Source: Candidatus Latescibacterota bacterium (lineage in GTDB: Bacteria > Latescibacterota > UBA2968 > UBA8231). Taken from it: a stretch of DNA of 64,000 nt. The notes below the pieces were generated by a model that was not told the DNA's origin, searched no databases, and saw only the letters and a list, made by a program, of their open reading frames with translations. The stretch lies in the NCBI GenBank assembly GCA_965243025.1, contig CBDETY010000003.1, positions 2,112,001-2,176,000 on the forward strand, in the 5' to 3' direction. The position numbers were made by a program, and so were the translations under genes. Below are positions 48,885 to 57,389 of the stretch, in pieces. Position 1 is the first letter of the stretch; the number at the start of each line of letters is the position of its first letter.

Positions 48885-49895
48885 CTACCGCGGAGCGACC
48901 CCCTCCGGAAGCAGTTCCCCGGCCTCCAGCTCCGCCCACAGCGCCGGCGGGATCTCCTCCTGCATCAGGCGCGCGTTCGCCTCGAGCTCGGCCACCGAGG
49001 CCGCGCCGGGAACCACCGAGATCACCGCCTCGTGTCCGAAGGGGAACTGCAGGGCCGCCGCCCTCAGGTCTACGCCGTGGCGGTCGCAGACCGACTTGAG
49101 CTCCCGGGCCCGCTCCACCAGGTGATCGGGCGCGGGCTGGTAGTCGAAGGACACCGGCCTGCCAAGGTCCCCGGCGAGGATGCCGCTGTTGTAGGGCCCG
49201 CCGATTACCAGCCTGACGCCCCGCTCCACGCACAGCGGCAGCAGCTCCGGCAGGGCGGACTGGTCGAGCAGGGTGTAGCGTCCGGCCAGGAGTATGCAAT
49301 CGAGGTCGAAGCGGGCCGCCATCCGCGCCGTCCGCTCCCACTCGTTCATCCCCATGCCGACCGCCCTGACCGCGCCGCTCGCCCGCAGCTCGACGGCGGC
49401 CTGAAGCGCCTCGACGAAGACCTCGTCGGCGTGCTGCCCCTTGAAGTCGCTGTCGTGGACGAAGAAGATGTCGACCCCGTCCAACCCCAGCCTTTCCAGG
49501 CTCGAATCGAGGGAAGCCCGCAGGCCTTCGGCGCTGAAGTCGAAATCGCAGGTACAGCGCCGAATCCCCTCCTCGCTCCAGGGCTGCGGGTTTTCGGGGT
49601 CGGGCCGCAGCAGACGCCCGCCCTTGGTCGACACGGCGAACGACCCCCGGGGAAGCTGCGCCAGCACCCGCCCGCAGCGGACTTCGCTGCGCCCCTCGCC
49701 GTACAGGGGGGCGGTGTCGAAATAGCGCACACCCATCTCCCAGGCGCGGCGGATGATTTCCAGGGCCTCTGCGTACCCGCAGCCCTGGTAAATCCCGTCG
49801 GCCAGGACCATCCCTCCCAGGGGCGCGCCGCCGAGGCCCAGGCGCGTCACCGACACCCCCGTGTCGCCGATCTCCACCTTTTCGAAAGGGTCCAT
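48885..49895 (-). CDS. Aldo/keto reductase (L-fucose/D-threo-aldose dehydrogenase-like)
   Basis: LGLGGAPLG, FDTAPLYG, STKGG, LAGRYTLLD, GGPYNSGILA. Confidence 0.88.
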   Translation of the reverse strand: MDPFEKVEIGDTGVSVTRLGLGGAPLGGMVLADGIYQGCGYAEALEIIRRAWEMGVRYFDTAPLYGEGRSEVRCGRVLAQLPRGSFAVSTKGGRLLRPDPENPQPWSEEGIRRCTCDFDFSAEGLRASLDSSLERLGLDGVDIFFVHDSDFKGQHADEVFVEALQAAVELRASGAVRAVGMGMNEWERTARMAARFDLDCILLAGRYTLLDQSALPELLPLCVERGVRLVIGGPYNSGILAGDLGRPVSFDYQPAPDHLVERARELKSVCDRHGVDLRAAALQFPFGHEAVISVVPGAASVAELEANARLMQEEIPPALWAELEAGELLPEGVAPR

Positions 49896-49899
49896 GCAC

Positions 49900-50796
49900 T
49901 CACTCCAGCCCGTAAATCCGTTCGGCGTTGCCGGCGAACAGCCTGGCCTGCTCTTCCCGGGGCCGCGCGGAGACGATCTCTCTCAGGGAAGCGGTCCAGG
50001 CGCCGAGGTCCGCCCCGAGGTTGCAGACAGGCCAGTCGCCGCCGAAGACCACCCGCTCCGGCCCGAAGCAGTCCAGGCAGTGATCGACGGCCGGCGCCAG
50101 GGTGGCGGCGCTCCATCCGGCGGGGGCGCGGGCGACGATACCGGAGATCTTGCAGACGACGTGCTCCCGTTCCCCCAGCGCCGCGATATCGCTGAGCCAC
50201 TGCTCCCTGGTGTGGCTGAAGGGGTTGGCCGGGTCGTACCCGGCGGCGCCGTTGACGACGCCCGGGTCGGCGTTGCCGCAGTGGTCGAGAATGAAGCGGG
50301 TGTCCGGACACCTGTCCACCAGACCGACGGCATCCCCCAGCTCGGACGGCCTCAGACACAGATCGAAGCTCAGGCCGGACTCGCCGAGGTAGCGGATGTC
50401 GCTGACGAATCCCTCCCGCAGGCAGCGCCCGGGTCCGGCGGCCGGCACGTGCAGCACCTGCCGGATTCCCTTGACGAACCCGTTTCCCCTGTAGCGGTCG
50501 ATGTAGTCGCGGAACCCCTCCTCCCCCGGGCTCCCGGAGATCACCGCCCCGGCGACCGGGTTGTCCTCGGCGGCGCACAGGCCGATGGCGAAATCCGCCT
50601 CGGCTGGCCTCTGGTCCGGGTCGAGGTCGACCTCCATGTAGATGGTCCGGTCGATGCCGGTCCCCTCGGCAGCGGCGAGATAGTCGCCGACGAGGTGATT
50701 CCCCTGCAACGGCCCGGTACCCTCCCCGTCGAGCCAGGGCAGCGAGAACCGGTCCAGGTCCCAAAGGTGCTGATGGGTATCGACGATCGGCAGCAT
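49900..50796 (-). CDS. Amidohydrolase-2 family (sugar lactonase-like)
   Basis: DTHQHLW, ILDHCG, CKISG, FGGDWPV; GGAGGG SD before ATG 50796. Confidence 0.88.
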   Translation of the reverse strand: MLPIVDTHQHLWDLDRFSLPWLDGEGTGPLQGNHLVGDYLAAAEGTGIDRTIYMEVDLDPDQRPAEADFAIGLCAAEDNPVAGAVISGSPGEEGFRDYIDRYRGNGFVKGIRQVLHVPAAGPGRCLREGFVSDIRYLGESGLSFDLCLRPSELGDAVGLVDRCPDTRFILDHCGNADPGVVNGAAGYDPANPFSHTREQWLSDIAALGEREHVVCKISGIVARAPAGWSAATLAPAVDHCLDCFGPERVVFGGDWPVCNLGADLGAWTASLREIVSARPREEQARLFAGNAERIYGLE

Positions 50797-50976
50797 GTTT
50801 CCTCCCTCCAGGTTGTGATTTACTGAAGGTACGGCGACGATTGTTTCACGACCCGGCTTTTTCACCGGGTTTTCTCGACTTTCACGTGTGCACGGGATTG
50901 GCCATTTTGTATCTTTCGTAAGCGAACCGGTCGAATGGCCGACGAGTCGGCTTCCTGGTCCATGAGGAGCGAGGCA

Positions 50977-51420
50977 GTGGACGCAAATCTCGAGTTGGAT
51001 GTCAGGCTCGACCCCGAAGAGCCCAGGCGGGTTGCCGAGCAGTTCGAGCGCTTCGGAGCCGAGCATGGGTTGCCGGACAGAACGATTTTCGGATTTCAGC
51101 TTGCGCTTGACGAGATTCTGACCAACGTGATCTCCTACGCCTTCGAGGACGGCGCTCCCGATCCGGTCATCAAGGTCAACTTCGACCTCGACGACACCCG
51201 GCTCGAGGTGGTCGTCCAGGACAACGGCCGGCCCTTCGACCCGCTCCAGGACGCCGACGAGCCGGATTTGACCCTTCCCGCCTCTGGCCGCCCCATCGGC
51301 GGCCTCGGCATCCATCTCACAAAGGCATTCGTTCACACGCTTTCCTATGAGCGGGTGGACGGGTACAACCGATTGAACCTCGTGCAGCCCATGGAGGCGC
51401 ACCCGGAGGACAATGCATGA
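50977..51420 (+). CDS. RsbW/SpoIIAB-like anti-sigma factor Ser/Thr kinase (HATPase_c_2)
   Basis: LALDEILTNVISYA, QDNGRPFDP, GGLGIHL; start GTG 50977 or ATG 50935/50962. Confidence 0.9.
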   Translation: MDANLELDVRLDPEEPRRVAEQFERFGAEHGLPDRTIFGFQLALDEILTNVISYAFEDGAPDPVIKVNFDLDDTRLEVVVQDNGRPFDPLQDADEPDLTLPASGRPIGGLGIHLTKAFVHTLSYERVDGYNRLNLVQPMEAHPEDNA

Positions 51421-51752
51421 ACGTCGACACGAGCTTTTCCGGAAGCACCGCAGTCGCCGCAGTGAACGGCCGCGTTGATTCGGCCAATGCCAAGAGTTTC
51501 GAAGAAGAGCTGAGCGCCATCATCGACCAGGGGGCCACCGGCCTCGTGGTCGATTGCGGCGAGCTCAACTACATCAGCAGCGCCGGGCTGCGGGTCTTCC
51601 TGATCGCCATCAGGAAAACCAGCGCCGCGGGTGGAGGCCTGGCTCTTTGCCGGGTGCCCGAACATATACAGGAAGTGCTGGAGATAAGCGGTTTTTCCCG
51701 CCTGACGAAGATTTTCCCCACGGTGGAAGAGGCGCGGGACAGCTTCGGATAG
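51417..51752 (+). CDS. STAS anti-anti-sigma factor (RsbV/SpoIIAA-like)
   Basis: GRVDSANA, YISSAGLR (phosphoacceptor Ser), EISGF; ATGA overlap with the kinase gene. Confidence 0.92.
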   Translation: MNVDTSFSGSTAVAAVNGRVDSANAKSFEEELSAIIDQGATGLVVDCGELNYISSAGLRVFLIAIRKTSAAGGGLALCRVPEHIQEVLEISGFSRLTKIFPTVEEARDSFG

Positions 51753-51893
51753 CTTCCCGGCCATGAAGTGCATTGGACCGGCGAGCCCGTGCCCGCGGGT
51801 ATGCCGGCCCATAATGCGACCCGGTTCAGCCACCCGGGCTCCATACGTCCCGACCCTGGGACGGCACTCCCAAACCCCGCTCGAGGAGGACGC

Positions 51894-53297
51894 ATGAACG
51901 CACGCCGACACCGATCGTCCATTCTCCCCCGCCCGCGGATTCCCGGGGCGGCCGCAGCTGCCGTGATTCTCGCCGCCGGCATTCTCCTGACCCCGGGCAC
52001 CGCCGCCGCCGCGGACGAGACCGGCTTCGTCCTCAACACCTTCTCGTTCCTCGTATGGGGCGCCCTGATCATGTGGATGTGCGCCGGCTTCACCATGCTC
52101 GAGTCCGGGTCGGTGCGCTCGAAGAACGCCTCGATGATCTGCCTGAAGAACATCGGGCTGTACTCCATCGCCGGGCTCACCTACTACGCCATCGGCTACG
52201 GTCTGATGTACGTCGACGTCGGCAAGGTGATCGGCTCGCTGAGTCTCCTGTACGGTCCATCGGCCGACGAGGTCGCCTTCCTTGAGGGCGACAAGGGGAA
52301 GATGGGGGCGGTCGTCGCGAACAACTACTCCACCATGTCGGACTGGTTCTTCCAGATGGTGTTCGTGGCCACAACCGCCTCGATCGTATCCGGAACGCTG
52401 GCGGAGCGGGTGAAGCTCTGGGCTTTCTTCGCATTCACCGCGGTCCTGACGGCGATCATCTACCCCGTTGTCGGCGCCTGGACATGGGGCGGCGGCTGGC
52501 TCAACCAGATGGGCTTCACGGACTTCGCCGGCTCCACCATCGTCCATTCTACCGGGGGCTGGGCCGCCCTCGCCGGGGCCATCGTCGTCGGAGCCCGGTG
52601 GGGCAAGTTCCGCAAGGACGGCTCGGCCAAGCCCACCCCTCCGTCCAACATTCCCGCGGTAACCCTCGGCGTCTTCATCCTCTGGCTGGGATGGTTCGGA
52701 TTCAACGGCGGCTCGCAGCTCGCCCTCTCCGGCGCCGCCGACGCCCTGGCGATGAGCAACATCCTCGTCAACACCAACCTCGCCGCGGCGGGGGGAGTGC
52801 TCACCGCCATCTTCGTGTCGCGCCCCATTCTCGGACGCACCGACCTTTTCGCCGCCCTCAACGGGGCCATCGCCGGCCTCGTGGCGATCACCGCGGGACC
52901 GGACATCACCGATCCCTGGCTGGCGATAATCATCGGCGCCGTGGGAGCGTTCCTGTGCACCCTCGGACTGAAACTGCTCGAGCGCATGAGGATCGACGAC
53001 GTGGTCGGCGCGGTTCCCGCGCATCTCTTCGCCGGGATCTGGGGGACGCTCGCGGTCTCTCTTTCCGGGAAGGGCAGCTTCCTCGTGCAGCTCGTCGGGG
53101 TCCTTTCCGTCGGCGCTTTCGTCTTCGTCACCTCCCTGCTGCTGTGGGTCGTTCTGAACCGCACCCTGGGGACCCGGGTCTCGCGCGACGTCGAGGATAT
53201 GGGCCAGGACGCCGCGGAGCTGGGAATCGACGCCTACCCGGAGTTCGCCCTCATGGTGGACCCGGACGAGGGGGGAGACTACCGCGACCCGGACTGA
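51894..53297 (+). CDS. amtB: Ammonium transporter (Amt family)
   Basis: GFTMLESG, FFQMVF, DFAGSTIVH, GWFGFNGGS, IDDVVGAVPAH (both pore His present); GAGGAGG SD. Confidence 0.95.
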   Translation: MNARRHRSSILPRPRIPGAAAAAVILAAGILLTPGTAAAADETGFVLNTFSFLVWGALIMWMCAGFTMLESGSVRSKNASMICLKNIGLYSIAGLTYYAIGYGLMYVDVGKVIGSLSLLYGPSADEVAFLEGDKGKMGAVVANNYSTMSDWFFQMVFVATTASIVSGTLAERVKLWAFFAFTAVLTAIIYPVVGAWTWGGGWLNQMGFTDFAGSTIVHSTGGWAALAGAIVVGARWGKFRKDGSAKPTPPSNIPAVTLGVFILWLGWFGFNGGSQLALSGAADALAMSNILVNTNLAAAGGVLTAIFVSRPILGRTDLFAALNGAIAGLVAITAGPDITDPWLAIIIGAVGAFLCTLGLKLLERMRIDDVVGAVPAHLFAGIWGTLAVSLSGKGSFLVQLVGVLSVGAFVFVTSLLLWVVLNRTLGTRVSRDVEDMGQDAAELGIDAYPEFALMVDPDEGGDYRDPD

Positions 53298-53358
53298 AAC
53301 CTCGAGCTGATTCACGGGCCCGGACGCTGCGTGCGCCCCGGCCCGGTGGAGCCGTCCC

Positions 53359-54792
53359 ATGAACTTCGACGCCTACGATCTCGACGCCGCGATCTACGAT
53401 GAGATGTTCCTGCCGGACGGTACCCCGCGGGGCCACTCCCGGGCGTTGCACGACACCCTGAGTCAGCTGCCCGCCGACGAGGTAGGCAGGATCCAGGAAA
53501 GGGTCACCCGCTCCTTCTCGAACGAGGGCATCACCTTCACCGTCTACGGGGACGACGAGGCCGATGAGCGCATCATTCCCGTCGACTGCGTTCCCCGCAT
53601 CCTCTCCGCCGACGAGTGGCGGCACATCGAGACCGGACTCACCCAGCGCCTGGAGGCCTTGAACCGCTTCCTCGAGGACGTCTACGGCGAGGCGCGCATA
53701 ATCGCCGACGGGGTGGTCCCCGCCGACCTCGTGCGCGGCTGTCCGCAGTACCGCGTCGAGATGTGCGGGGTCCCGGTACCCCACGGCACCTGGGTCGCCG
53801 TCTGCGGCACCGACCTGGTGCGCACCAACGACGGCTGGCTGGTGCTCGAGGACAACCTGCGGGTTCCCTCCGGCGTATCCTACATGATCGCCAACCGCAA
53901 GGTGGTCAAGTCGAGCCTGCGCCGCCTCTACCGCGACTGTCGGGTGCGGGAGGTGGAGCAGTACGGGCAGGTGCTGCTCGAGACGCTCCGCGAGCTCGCC
54001 CCCGGGGGGCGCCCCGACCCCTGCATCGCCCTGCTCACCCCCGGGGTGGCCAACTCCGCCTTCTACGAGCACATCTTCCTGGCCCAGGAGATCGGCGCCG
54101 CCCTCGTGGAAGGCCGCGACCTGCTGGTAAACGACGGTTTCGTCCACATGCGCACCACCGAAGGGCTGCGGCGGGTGGACGTGATCTACCGCCGCGTCGA
54201 CGACGACTTCCTCGACCCCCTCGTCTTCCGTCCCGATTCGCTGCTCGGTGTGCCCGGGCTGATGCACGCCTACAGGAGCGGGCGCGTCGCCCTGGCCAAC
54301 GCGCCGGGGACGGGGGTGGCCGACGACAAGAGCGTCTACGCCTTCGTCCCCGACATGGTCCGCTACTACCTCGGCGAGGAGCCGATCCTGGCCAACGTCG
54401 AGACCTACCTGTGCAGGCGGCCCCGCGATCTGGAGTACACCCTCGACAACCTGCAGGACCTCATCGTCAAGCGGGTGGGCGAATCCGGGGGTTACGGCAT
54501 GCTCGTCGGCCCCCAGTCCACCCCTGAGGAGCGCGACGCCTACGTCGAGGAGCTTCGCGCCGACCCGGCGGGATTCATCTCGCAACCTGTGCTTGCCCTG
54601 TCCCGGGCGCCCTGCTTCATCGAGGGCCGCCCCGAGCCGCGCCACGTCGACCTGCGCCCCTTCGTCCTCCACGGCCGCCGGACCCGCATAGTCCCCGGAG
54701 CTTTCTGCCGGGTGGCGCTGCGCCGGGGCAGCCTCGTGGTGAACTCGAGCCAGGGCGGCGGCGGCAAGGACCTCTGGGTGCTGGAGAACTGA
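53359..54792 (+). CDS. Circularly permuted type 2 ATP-grasp protein
   Basis: YDEM, LEDNLRVPSGVSY, YRRVDDDFLDP, ANAPGTGVADDK, SGGYG, HVDLRPF, VNSSQGGGGKD. Confidence 0.93.
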   Translation: MNFDAYDLDAAIYDEMFLPDGTPRGHSRALHDTLSQLPADEVGRIQERVTRSFSNEGITFTVYGDDEADERIIPVDCVPRILSADEWRHIETGLTQRLEALNRFLEDVYGEARIIADGVVPADLVRGCPQYRVEMCGVPVPHGTWVAVCGTDLVRTNDGWLVLEDNLRVPSGVSYMIANRKVVKSSLRRLYRDCRVREVEQYGQVLLETLRELAPGGRPDPCIALLTPGVANSAFYEHIFLAQEIGAALVEGRDLLVNDGFVHMRTTEGLRRVDVIYRRVDDDFLDPLVFRPDSLLGVPGLMHAYRSGRVALANAPGTGVADDKSVYAFVPDMVRYYLGEEPILANVETYLCRRPRDLEYTLDNLQDLIVKRVGESGGYGMLVGPQSTPEERDAYVEELRADPAGFISQPVLALSRAPCFIEGRPEPRHVDLRPFVLHGRRTRIVPGAFCRVALRRGSLVVNSSQGGGGKDLWVLEN

Positions 54793-54793
54793 G

Positions 54794-55768
54794 ATGCTCG
54801 CGCGCAGCGCCCAGGGACTCTACTGGATGGGACGCTACCTCGAACGGGCGGAACACCTGTGCCGTCTGCTGCGACTGCAGGTCGAGTCGCTGGTCGACCG
54901 GCCGATAGAGGAGATCAACCACGGCTGGACCCGAATCTACGCCGGCCTCGGCCGGCAGCCCCCCGGGGGAGACCTCGCTACCGGCGGCAGCGACGACTAT
55001 GTCCTCGCCGATTCCTACACCCTGGCGGGGGACCTCACCTTCGAGCGCTCCAACCCGGACTCGGTGCGGCGGTGCCTGGCCCTGGGCCGCGAGAACGCCC
55101 GCCAGATGCGCAACTGCATAAGCGCGGAGATGTGGACCTGCCTCAACCTCTGCTGGCTGCGCATACGCGACCTCGGCATCGAGGACATCTGGAGGGTCTC
55201 CCCGGAGAGCTTCTACGCCGAGACCATCCGGGAGATCGGCACCTTCACCGGCGTCGCCGAGGCGACCATGTACCGGGACGAGGGCTGGCGCTTCATGCGC
55301 ATCGGGCGATTCATCGAGCGCGCCCAGCTTCTCGCCTCCTTCCTCCTCGCCCAGCTCGCCGGACGGGAACAGGCCGGAACCTCCGACACCGGCTGGACGA
55401 GCATGCTGCGCGCCTGCCTGGCGTTCGACGCCTACAAGAGCAGCCACAGCGTCGAGGTCCAGGAGGACCGGGTGCTCGACCTCCTCGTCACCGATCCACT
55501 GCTGCCGGGCTCGCTTTGCCGCTCGCTCGACATGCTGGCGGCCGAGCTGGCCGCCATGGCTCCCGGCCCGGGCGCACACGACGAGGCGGCGGCCGAGAGG
55601 CTCTCCGGCCGGCTGTGCGCCCTGATCCGCTACGACTGGCCGGACTGCGGGGACGGCGATGAGCGGGAGGGGCTTCTCGCGCAGGTCGGGGAACACTGCC
55701 GCAAGCTTCACGACCTCGTCAACGCGGCGTACATCGGCTACGCCATCGAGGACTCGCCGGTGCACTGA
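54794..55768 (+). CDS. Alpha-E domain protein (DUF403)
   Basis: MLAR.A..LYWMGRYLERAE, RENAR, second ER motif GRFIERA. Confidence 0.92.
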   Translation: MLARSAQGLYWMGRYLERAEHLCRLLRLQVESLVDRPIEEINHGWTRIYAGLGRQPPGGDLATGGSDDYVLADSYTLAGDLTFERSNPDSVRRCLALGRENARQMRNCISAEMWTCLNLCWLRIRDLGIEDIWRVSPESFYAETIREIGTFTGVAEATMYRDEGWRFMRIGRFIERAQLLASFLLAQLAGREQAGTSDTGWTSMLRACLAFDAYKSSHSVEVQEDRVLDLLVTDPLLPGSLCRSLDMLAAELAAMAPGPGAHDEAAAERLSGRLCALIRYDWPDCGDGDEREGLLAQVGEHCRKLHDLVNAAYIGYAIEDSPVH

Positions 55769-55771
55769 CGC

Positions 55772-56758
55772 ATGACCGGGGCAGTCCGTTTCGAGATCGA
55801 GCACGTCTCCCGCTACAGCTACGATTCCAGCGCGCGGCAGTGCGTCATGCTGCTCTGCCTGGAGCCGCTTCAGGACCGGGGCCAGCGGCTTCTCGACTTC
55901 GAGATCGAGACGCGGCCCCCGGCATTCCTCAACCGGGAGACGGACTTTCTCGGCAACGCCAGACACCTCCTCGACCTCAACCGCGAGCACCGGACCCTCG
56001 AGATCAGAGCCTGCTCCACGGTCGAGGCCGCCCCCTTCCCGGCGCCTCCGAACTGCCTCGGGACCGGGGCCTGGGAGGAGATCCGCTCCCGGCAGGATTC
56101 CTTCGCCTACTGGAACTTCACTCGCCCGAGCGCGCTTGTACAGCCCTCTGCCGGTCTCGAAGCGTTCGTACACCGGCATCGTATCGAGCCGGGCAGCGAC
56201 CCGCTCGAAAGCCTGTCGCGGCTTTCCGACACCCTGCACCGCTGCCTTTACTACATTCCGGGAAGCACCACCGCCGAATCACCGGTCGAGCACATCCTGG
56301 AAACCGGCAGCGGTGTCTGTCAGGACTACTCCCACCTGATGATCGCCATCGCCCGTTCCTGGGGCATCGCCGCCCGCTACGTCTCCGGCTACCTGCACCT
56401 TCCTGAGGGGTCCGGCGGGCAGCCGTCCGCCAACGCGACCCACGCCTGGGTGGAATGCAGGCTTCCGGGGCTCGGCTGGGTCGGCTTCGATCCCACCAAC
56501 CAGAGTCTCTCGGGGCACGGGGGCGTGGTGCGGACCGCTGCGGGGCGGGACTACCACGACGTGTCGCCGACCCGCGGCATCCTCCAGGGCGGAGGAGAAA
56601 CCCGGCTCGAGGTCGAGGTGCGGGTACAGGCCGCCGGAGAGGACCGGACCAGAGGGGCCTGGGACCGGGCAACGGGATCCCCCGGTTCCGCCCCGGTCGA
56701 AAAATCGCCTGGCCACAAGAACCCCGACGCGGGGGCCACGGCCGCCGTTCAACCCTGA
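55772..56758 (+). CDS. Transglutaminase-family protein
   Basis: Triad GVCQDY (Cys), HAWVE (His), FDPTN (Asp); GRDYHDVSP. Confidence 0.92.
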   Translation: MTGAVRFEIEHVSRYSYDSSARQCVMLLCLEPLQDRGQRLLDFEIETRPPAFLNRETDFLGNARHLLDLNREHRTLEIRACSTVEAAPFPAPPNCLGTGAWEEIRSRQDSFAYWNFTRPSALVQPSAGLEAFVHRHRIEPGSDPLESLSRLSDTLHRCLYYIPGSTTAESPVEHILETGSGVCQDYSHLMIAIARSWGIAARYVSGYLHLPEGSGGQPSANATHAWVECRLPGLGWVGFDPTNQSLSGHGGVVRTAAGRDYHDVSPTRGILQGGGETRLEVEVRVQAAGEDRTRGAWDRATGSPGSAPVEKSPGHKNPDAGATAAVQP

Positions 56759-56774
56759 CCGAGGAGCAAATTCA

Positions 56775-57215
56775 ATGGACCTGCTCAAGCGCATCATCGG
56801 CATCTATCTCGTAGCGACGGCAGTTGCGGTCGGCGTCCACACAGTGGTCGAACCGCTCTATCACGCATCCGGTCCCGGGCAGCCGTACAGCCCTCTGTGG
56901 AACGTCCTGAATCCCTTGATGGCCGCAGCCATCGCCCTGGCCCTGGTATTCGGCTATCTCCGCAAGCAGGAGGTGGACGGGGAAGGGGGAAGCGCCGGGG
57001 TAACCCGGGAATTCGTCGCCGCCAACGCCCACTTCTACGGGTTCCTGTTCGTCGGCATACTTTTCTTCTGGAACTGGTTCAACCTGCTGATGCCCGCGTT
57101 CACCGCGCTGGGTGACGACACGGTCACCCTGGTTTGGATACTCATCGACGCCACCCTGCCGCTGCTGCTGGGTGCAATGGGGGTTTCCCTGTTGCGTGGT
57201 GGTCGCGGCGAATAG
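56775..57215 (+). CDS. Small four-TM hypothetical membrane protein
   Basis: GAGGAG SD; four hydrophobic segments in 146 aa. Confidence 0.75.
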   Translation: MDLLKRIIGIYLVATAVAVGVHTVVEPLYHASGPGQPYSPLWNVLNPLMAAAIALALVFGYLRKQEVDGEGGSAGVTREFVAANAHFYGFLFVGILFFWNWFNLLMPAFTALGDDTVTLVWILIDATLPLLLGAMGVSLLRGGRGE

Positions 57216-57389
57216 CCTGGAAGGGAGTTGACGCTGTGCCTGTCCAATGGAGCCGGGGCCCACCGGGGTCCCACCAGAAAAAATTCTCACCGGGACGCCC
57301 TTTGCTTTGGCCGGCAAGCGTCCTCTTTCCCGGTTTCAACAGAGTAACCGAATGATACCGACAATCAGATTCCGGAATTGGAGAACAAC

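Noticed and set aside
50889-50904. Minus-strand sigma54-like site TGGCCAA-TCCC-GTGCA upstream of the amidohydrolase
   Set aside because: Spacing is right but there are four mismatches to consensus; too weak in a GC-rich genome.
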